Origin: Octopus vulgaris
Lineage: Eukaryota
DNA length: 64,000 nucleotides
Assembly: GCA_951406725.2 (NCBI GenBank)
Contig: OX597815.1
Span: 19,902,001 to 19,966,000 of the forward strand
Direction: 5' to 3'
This document shows positions 55,885-64,000 of the stretch, piece after piece (the stretch's first letter is position 1; every line of letters starts with the position of its first letter). The translations under genes and the position numbers were made by a program. The notes beneath the pieces were generated by a model, which searched no databases, was not told the origin of the DNA, and saw nothing but the letters and a program-made list of their open reading frames with translations.

Positions 55885-56662
55885 CTATGTATCTTTATGT
55901 GAATGGAGGTAGGTAGGTATACTCGGAGTCATAATGTTTTCAGTTGTAAGGTGTAAGGGCTGGCTCATGTATAGTAATTTACTCCTTTAGTACACTTAAT
56001 GCAACAGGAGATTCCAGTGGTGCTCCAACAGTGAAGACAGAAGATAGTTATACATTCCATGTGTGTGTATATGTACATATACATGCGCGTGTATGTGTGA
56101 GTGTGCATCTTAATATGAATATGTTTTTCTATGTATACATATATGCATTTATAAATATCTATATGTATATATATATAATCACTGGAGTTTCAAAGAATAT
56201 ACCTTCTGGCATTCAGTTATGACTCATAACATTTTGAGTTCAAATTCTACTCAGGTAGACCTCTTTCTGAGGGTAATATCAGAACTAGCTGTCAAGTGCT
56301 GCAGTGAATATCATTGGCTGTACCCTTGGGATGATGCCAAAGAATAGCTGAAGTCTAGTGATTGAAACTAGCGAAAGAATATGTGTATGTGTATATATAT
56401 ATATCAATGTATATATAAGTGTGTATTCATACATGTGTAGTATCTATATATGCATGTGTGATGGAAAGCATTTTTAAATTACTATAGAAGTAAGCAAAAA
56501 AAGAGTACAATTTATCTAAGCTTAAGGTTATTTTATAGAATTTTGATCGATATAGCAAATGCTATAAAGCAAATTCGGAATTTACTGTGATTATTAACAT
56601 TAAAATTATTCCCATTATCACTTAAATATTATTAGTATTAGTAATAGCTATTATTAGTAGTA

Positions 56663-56857
56663 AGGTGCTGATGTGGCATAATTGGTAGCCAAGAAGAATT
56701 TTGTTACATCTCTTTACTGAGTTTTAATCCTGCCGAGGTCAATTTTGCCTCTCGTTTCTCTCAAGGAAGGGTAAAAAAAATATAATACCAGACAAGTACA
56801 GGAGGTTGACTTTGTCTTTCATCCTTTCAGGCTTTGTGCCTATAGCAGAAAGGATTA
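56663..56857 (+). mobile_element. Old, CpG-decayed Meta-domain-like SINE
   Basis: GGTGCTGATGTGGCATAATTGGTAGC head; GCCGAGGTCAATTTTGCCT; GACTTTGTCTTTCATCCTTTC; tail GTGCCTATAGCAGAAAGG + ATT repeats. Confidence 0.6.
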
Positions 56858-57669
56858 TTAATATTCTTATTCTTATTATTATTATCATTATTAGTATTAC
56901 TATTATGATTATTATTATTAATTTTTACTATTAGAAGATCAAGAAGGGGCAATGAGCAAACAAATAAGTTAGCTTGGATACAAATTTGCAGCCTAGCTGT
57001 AGATATGTGTTACCTCATTAGACAAGAAACTTAACTCTACTTGCTTTGCTAAAAAGCTTTATGACTAATTTAAAACTTGTCGATATCACAAGAATTTTGT
57101 GGAAGGTTACATGGTGGCATAACACTAGATCGTGAGTAAACAGATGAGAGTTTTTTGGTTAGAATCTGTGAAATAATATTTAGGACAGGATAAACATCTC
57201 AACCACTCTCTGTTTCTCTGTTATGACTGAATAAGAAGTTTTCTTTATCATCATCTACCACCCTCATCACCTCATCAAAATCCTCATCTCCATCACTATC
57301 AATGTTGTTGTCATCACCATCATGATCACCACCATAAACATCATCCTTATCCTCATCTTTATCTTTATCGTTATTGTTGTTGTTGATGTTGTTGTTGGTT
57401 TTTCTTCATACTACACCTAAACAAATAATTATAAGTATTTAGTAAGTATTACAGAAGAATTACATGCATTTTATCCAATAATAAAAATGATCATTCTAAC
57501 AACAGTAATAATTTCTGACTTAGGCACACATGATAATAAAGTACAAATCCTTTTCTTCATAACTGAAATAAGTTACTGTATTTACTTAGAAACAATTTTT
57601 CTCTTACACAAAATGCTAACACTTGAAAAATACTAATTTTGTAATATCTTATACAAAACAAACAGTAAT

Positions 57670-57965
57670 AACTTACATGAGGACCCTCAATAAGACAAAC
57701 CTTCAAATCGTTATACTATGTAGAAGACAATTGCCAGAACAAATATGAAGATCATAGCACCTTGAATAGAAGACGAGTGATAGGACAAATAATACTATCA
57801 TAAAAACATAAATACATATAGAGGACCCGTAGTAGAACAATCATATTAAATTACATAGAGGAATATTGCCAGAATAAACACTAATATTATAATACTTTAC
57901 ATAGAGAACCATAAATATGCCAAACATTGAAACAATACCCTATACAGGAGACTATATGTAGGACG
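57670..57965. repeat. Degenerate ~45-bp minisatellite (about 7 units)
   Basis: Recurring TA(C/T)ATAGA(G/A)GAC...AG(G/A)ACAAA; e.g. TAGAAGACAATTGCCAGAAC versus TAGAGGAATATTGCCAGAAT. Confidence 0.5.
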
Positions 57966-58211
57966 TAACATAGTGACACATTTCTATTATAAAGCATGAA
58001 GCAACATATTATCTACATGATGTCACATAATGATCATAATAATAATAATAACAATAATAACAATAATAATAATAATAATAACAATTTTAAAAAAGCAAAA
58101 ATAAAACAATATTCCAATATCAGCATGTAACATTATAAATATTCTTCACATATAAAACCAATCCTTACATATTCATGTATATATAAGTTCTTATTTATGC
58201 ATATGCATGTA

Positions 58212-58301
<90 letters not shown>

Positions 58302-58636
58302 AAATTTAAATTAAAACCTACATTTACATACATTTACATTTTCTTTATTTTTTTTTTTATTTTTTTCTTTAAGGGAAACTGACAATTTTCTTTTATGTTG
58401 CCCCTTTGATTTCAAATGAAAATTTGAGATGTTATAAATATATAGCATGTAGACAAAACCATGCTGGTAAGCAGAAGTAAAGTTGATACTTACTTTTGGC
58501 GTAAAAGCAGAACAATTATCAAACAAAACTACTAAACTATATTATGATATATCATATTTAAAATTTTATTTAATACATAGGGGTAGAGGAAACAAAGCTG
58601 TTTATCATCTATAAGAAGCAGAAAGAGTATGCAAAT

Positions 58637-58683
<47 letters not shown>

Positions 58684-58736
58684 CGTATATATATACATAT
58701 ATATATACACATACATATATATACATATATGTGTAC

Positions 58737-58792
<56 letters not shown>

Positions 58793-59052
58793 TAAAATTG
58801 CATTTACCCATGAATCAAGAAACTTTTATTTAGTTTTCAAGTGTGGTTCATTTCTGTTGCATATAATTTAATTACATTTAATTGTAAAACATTTTTTTTC
58901 TTTTTTGTTTTATTCTATTAAATATATTTAATGATAGTCCGTTAAAATCATTAACAGAATTATTTAAGGAGTTAAAATTTGGCATACTAATTCTACATGT
59001 GATTTGGACAATATATATACATATATACACACACTTACACGCATACACACAT

Positions 59053-59095
<43 letters not shown>

Positions 59096-59790
59096 GTACG
59101 TACGTATTATAAGAAAGTATATATATATATGCAGCATATGTATTTAAACAAAAACAAATACATATGTAATTATATATTTATAATATTTACATACACACAC
59201 ATATATTTGCATATATCTGAATATACATATAATTTGTGAGAATTGATAGGATACCTTGATCCAAAATACGGCTTCATGAATGAATGCTCACGTAATGAAA
59301 CAAAGAAAATTGTTCAACAGAACATTTTGAAAATAATTTAAAACATTGCAAACAAGTCTGTACTGTTTCAATCTACAAATGAATTGTTTTAATGTTTGTT
59401 ATTTGAAGATTAATTTGGACTATGACAATAGAACGTATCTTCAATAAAAGTGGTTTCTGAATAGAAAGAATCGCAGACATAAATACATACATCGTATAAC
59501 ATTAGTTATCAGCAAATAAATCTGACATAAATATTAAAAAGGCTTGTAAAAAATTTTTTTTTTAAACTTAAGATAAGAAATAAATTTAAAATTCTCTTCC
59601 CCTCTTCATTCCTGACAGCTGATATCTTGCTATAAAGAAAATCAGCTTAATTTACTAATAATTGCAAAATGATTGTAGAAAACTTAATAGTTGATATTAG
59701 TTATTACTACTACTACTACTACAACTAGTACAATACTACTACTACATCAACTACTGGGGCAGTACTACTACTACAACAATTATAAGGTGC

Positions 59791-59826
<36 letters not shown>

Positions 59827-59874
59827 AGGGAAATATATATAAAACTATATGGATCAAACTATAGCTGTTCATTA

Positions 59875-59939
<65 letters not shown>

Positions 59940-60013
59940 TATATACACACATACACATATATTTATGTAGATATATACATTTATATACACATATACATAC
60001 TTATATACATAAA

Positions 60014-60057
<44 letters not shown>

Positions 60058-60891
60058 TATCAGTATACATATGTACAAATGTATGTGTATGCATATATAT
60101 ATATATATATGAGTGTGTGAGTGATTGTGGTAAATGCTTATTAAAATATATATTTACACATACCATTATACCAAATGTCTTGCATATTAAAAACCTTTAT
60201 AAAAAAAACATAATGTATACATATACACATGCATATGTTTGTGTTGTGTGTGTGTGTGTAAAAAGTGAACACATACACATGATGAGAAGCAAATATATAC
60301 ATAAATATATATATATAAGTAGTTGTTTATACACACATCACTCCACCCATACTAATAAATATATATATACCTCGTTATATATAGATATTTGCATACATTC
60401 CCATGTAGGTATTTACAATCATGCATACATGTATACTAGTATATCCACTGTATATCTGTACATTAGTATATGCAGTGGTATGTCATTACATGCTGATTAT
60501 TGTATGAATATATATATATATATATAAAATTATATAACTACAAATCCTCAAATATGTGCATGTGTATATACATATATATGCACATATAAGTATTCATATA
60601 CTCATATAAGTTTACTATATACGTGTGTGTATCTGTGTGTCTATACGTCTATGAATATGTACGTCTATATATATATATATATATATATAAATATACATAT
60701 ATATATACATATATATATATATATACACATACACATATATATCTACATATATACATATAGTCATAAACAACGTTGTTGATGATGATGATGATGTGTGGGC
60801 ACATGTATATATATATTTACACATATACATGTATGTGTGTTTTATATATATATATACACATATATATACATATATATATATATATACATAT

Positions 60892-60952
<61 letters not shown>

Positions 60953-62644
60953 TATATATCTACATGTATGTATATATGTATATCTTATTTATGTAAATTC
61001 AAGTTTCCATATATATGCATGTATATACTTACATTAGAGCTGACAGTGAAAGCAAAACCAAAATGATGCGAAACATGTGGAATTATACTTATAGAATTCT
61101 GCATTCTTGCAAACAGATATACAAATAACATAATGCTGATTTTCTTTACACAATAATGGGAAATTCAGTCAAAATTAATTCCATAACCTAATCTATATTT
61201 AGTACAATAAGAAATTAAGTAATCACATTTTTTTTTAAATCCTTTATTGATGCAATCTTATAGATGACTTCATGTGTACCTTACCTTGCAGTTAGAGTCA
61301 GATACCTTATTATAAAGTAGATAGCATCTAAATACATTTCGCTCTATACATTCCTCTATTAAAATACCAACAGTGTGAATCTTAAGTATTCACTTTTATT
61401 TTCATCAATTATAATAATAAACAAATAGATTACAAATGGATTCTTTTCTGCTTTTGAATTTTTTATTTTTATTTTATTTATTTTTTTGTTTTGTTTTTTT
61501 TTTCTCTTTTTTTTGTATAATTTTTATTATGAGACCTTATGGGAAACTTAACAGATTTTAGTCAATATCAACAACTTGATACCCTGACTATTATAAGCTA
61601 AAACATTACCAATACAACCTGCTGTATAGCTTCTAATAAAACTTTTCTTTTTATATCAGGGTCCATTATTAAAACTTTTATGTGTAAATTTAACTCTTTT
61701 TCTTTTTTTTTTTCCTCCTGCAAGAATTTTATCTTTTATAGTCTTTCTTTTAATTACATTCCTACTCCTTTCTCCTCCCAAATCTACATTCTCTCAAAGG
61801 TTAGTCACCTTGTGTGTGTTTCAATTCTTAACACTTAACCACAGTTACACAAAATATAGCTTTATTTCTTGTTTAAATTTTCTCTTTTATTATTCTTATT
61901 ATTTTTATATTTTCAATTTTTCAATAACATTCCATGCAATATTTGTTTGTTTCTATTGAAAGCTTTCCCAATACTGTTATTACTTTTTTCTATTTCCCTT
62001 ACATTGTAACTATGCTAGAGAAAAATGAAAAAGAATTTGAAACAATTTAAAAGGATTTGTTATTTTTCTTTTTGAATAGCAAAGAAAAAAAGAACAAAAG
62101 AAACACAAAAAATCTCCAAATTATTTTTTTCTAAGAAACCATTTCTTTGTTTTCATGACTTTTTTTCTTAAGAAAAGGGTCTAATATTTTCATTGATGCA
62201 AAACCAATGTAAACTTTCTTATTTAAACATTATTGTTAATCATATGTACAAGTTCTACCACTTTTGTATTAGTTTATATATAATTATGCATAAATTTCTA
62301 CCAGTAAGTGCCCTCAGAAACAGTAAACTAAAACCTTTATGGAAAAAAAAAAAAAAAACGGAGTGCAAGTGAATAGAGAAAAATATGATTACAAATGAAA
62401 TTTTAAAAAAGAAAAAAGGAAAAAAAAATTAAGTTGAAGTCTACAAATATTGGTGAGATAAAATATAGACTACTTCAGAAAATGACAGTAATATTACTCA
62501 AAAATCTGTTTTGAAATTCCATGAGGAAGCTAATGAAATCAACCTATCGGAAGTTGTCTAACAACTGTAGGTAAAACATGTTGGTTGACATGAAAGATCC
62601 TACTATTTGGTATATTATTGCAAAGCATTATATATATATATACT

Positions 62645-62711
<67 letters not shown>

Positions 62712-63420
62712 GTATATATATATATATGTATGTATGTTTGTATATGTATACATTTATGTATATATATGTATATACATGTATGCATACATGTATATATGTC
62801 TACGTATATATATTTATATGTATATACAGATACATGTATGTGTATATACGCAGGTAAATATACTTTTCATAAATATACCAGTCAAATGAGCTGTGCACAA
62901 ACACACAAACACACACACACAAACACACACACACACACACATATGCACATAGATACATACACAACATACATACATGTACTGAGAGAATGCGTGTGTGGTT
63001 TTATACACATAAAAACATACAAATTAAAATATGCATCGATGTATATGCGGGAAATAGAATTATTCGCAGAATGAAACATTTACGATATGCATGTGGCAAT
63101 ATATCATCTTACACATAACAATTCTTTTTCAGCAGTTAGAATTAACAATGGCTTTATTAATTTTAAATACATACATTGATGGCTCCTTTGAAGTTATATA
63201 CACGACTGTGTGTATAAATGACCGCATGTTTCATTTAAGCAATCAATGTTGGTACACATATGCAAATATATGTTCAGGAGATTTATATATACCCATGTGT
63301 CTGTGCATACATATGTGTGTGTATATATATGTGTGTATACATAGAGATGTATGTATGTATGTATGTATGTATGTATGTCTACAAGTTTGTATAAATATAC
63401 ATGCATATTTATATATATAT

Positions 63421-63489
<69 letters not shown>

Positions 63490-63533
63490 CATAATATACA
63501 CACATACTCACATATATATATACATATTTATTT

Positions 63534-63570
<37 letters not shown>

Positions 63571-63648
63571 TATGCATGTATATATATAAACACATACACA
63601 CATATATCTATCAATATTCATATATGTGTCTTCCTGGGTATATAAGGC

Positions 63649-63688
<40 letters not shown>

Positions 63689-64000
63689 TGAATGCATTTA
63701 TGTCTACATCTATAGTTATACACACATACATTACAAGTACATATGTATGCATACAAATATGCCTGTTCATGTACTTATATATACAAATGTGTTTGTATGT
63801 GTTTATATCAAGTAACATTTGTTTTTGCAATTTTGTTCTCAAAATAGAAACTGGCAAATACTCAAGTTCTGAAGCTCCCTTTAGTGAAATAATTAACAAA
63901 ATATGTTAATTACTTTTAAGCTTTTACAATGTTTTGCCTATTCTGACAGACCTACTCAGAGTTTGAATATGTAACCTCAGACCCAATTCATCTTTGGGAT

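Overview
AT-rich, microsatellite-saturated animal genomic DNA, most likely octopus/coleoid cephalopod (inferred from the tRNA-derived SINE families, repeat landscape and a mollusc-type innexin). The only host gene I can support is one large innexin (gap-junction) coding exon at 43560-44763 (+). It has no start codon of its own and is entered through a phase-2 acceptor. The rest is intron/intergenic DNA with SINEs, R4/Dong-like LINE fragments in (TAA)n, a CR1-group fragment, an RTE-derived element, two non-autonomous Helitrons, a MITE and several Penelope-like termini carrying hammerhead ribozyme motifs. Highlights: (1) the innexin stop is TGA-CTAG, the classic readthrough context; it follows a PDZ-ligand-like S-N-V end and precedes 74 further open codons; (2) 100 bp upstream of the acceptor lies a TSD-flanked perfect 2x142-bp palindrome containing a G3-C8 variant hammerhead on both strands; (3) further variant hammerheads occur at 22.8, 27.0, 30.2 and 30.6 kb. 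Nearly all other listed ORFs are microsatellite artefacts. All alignments and folds were done by eye.
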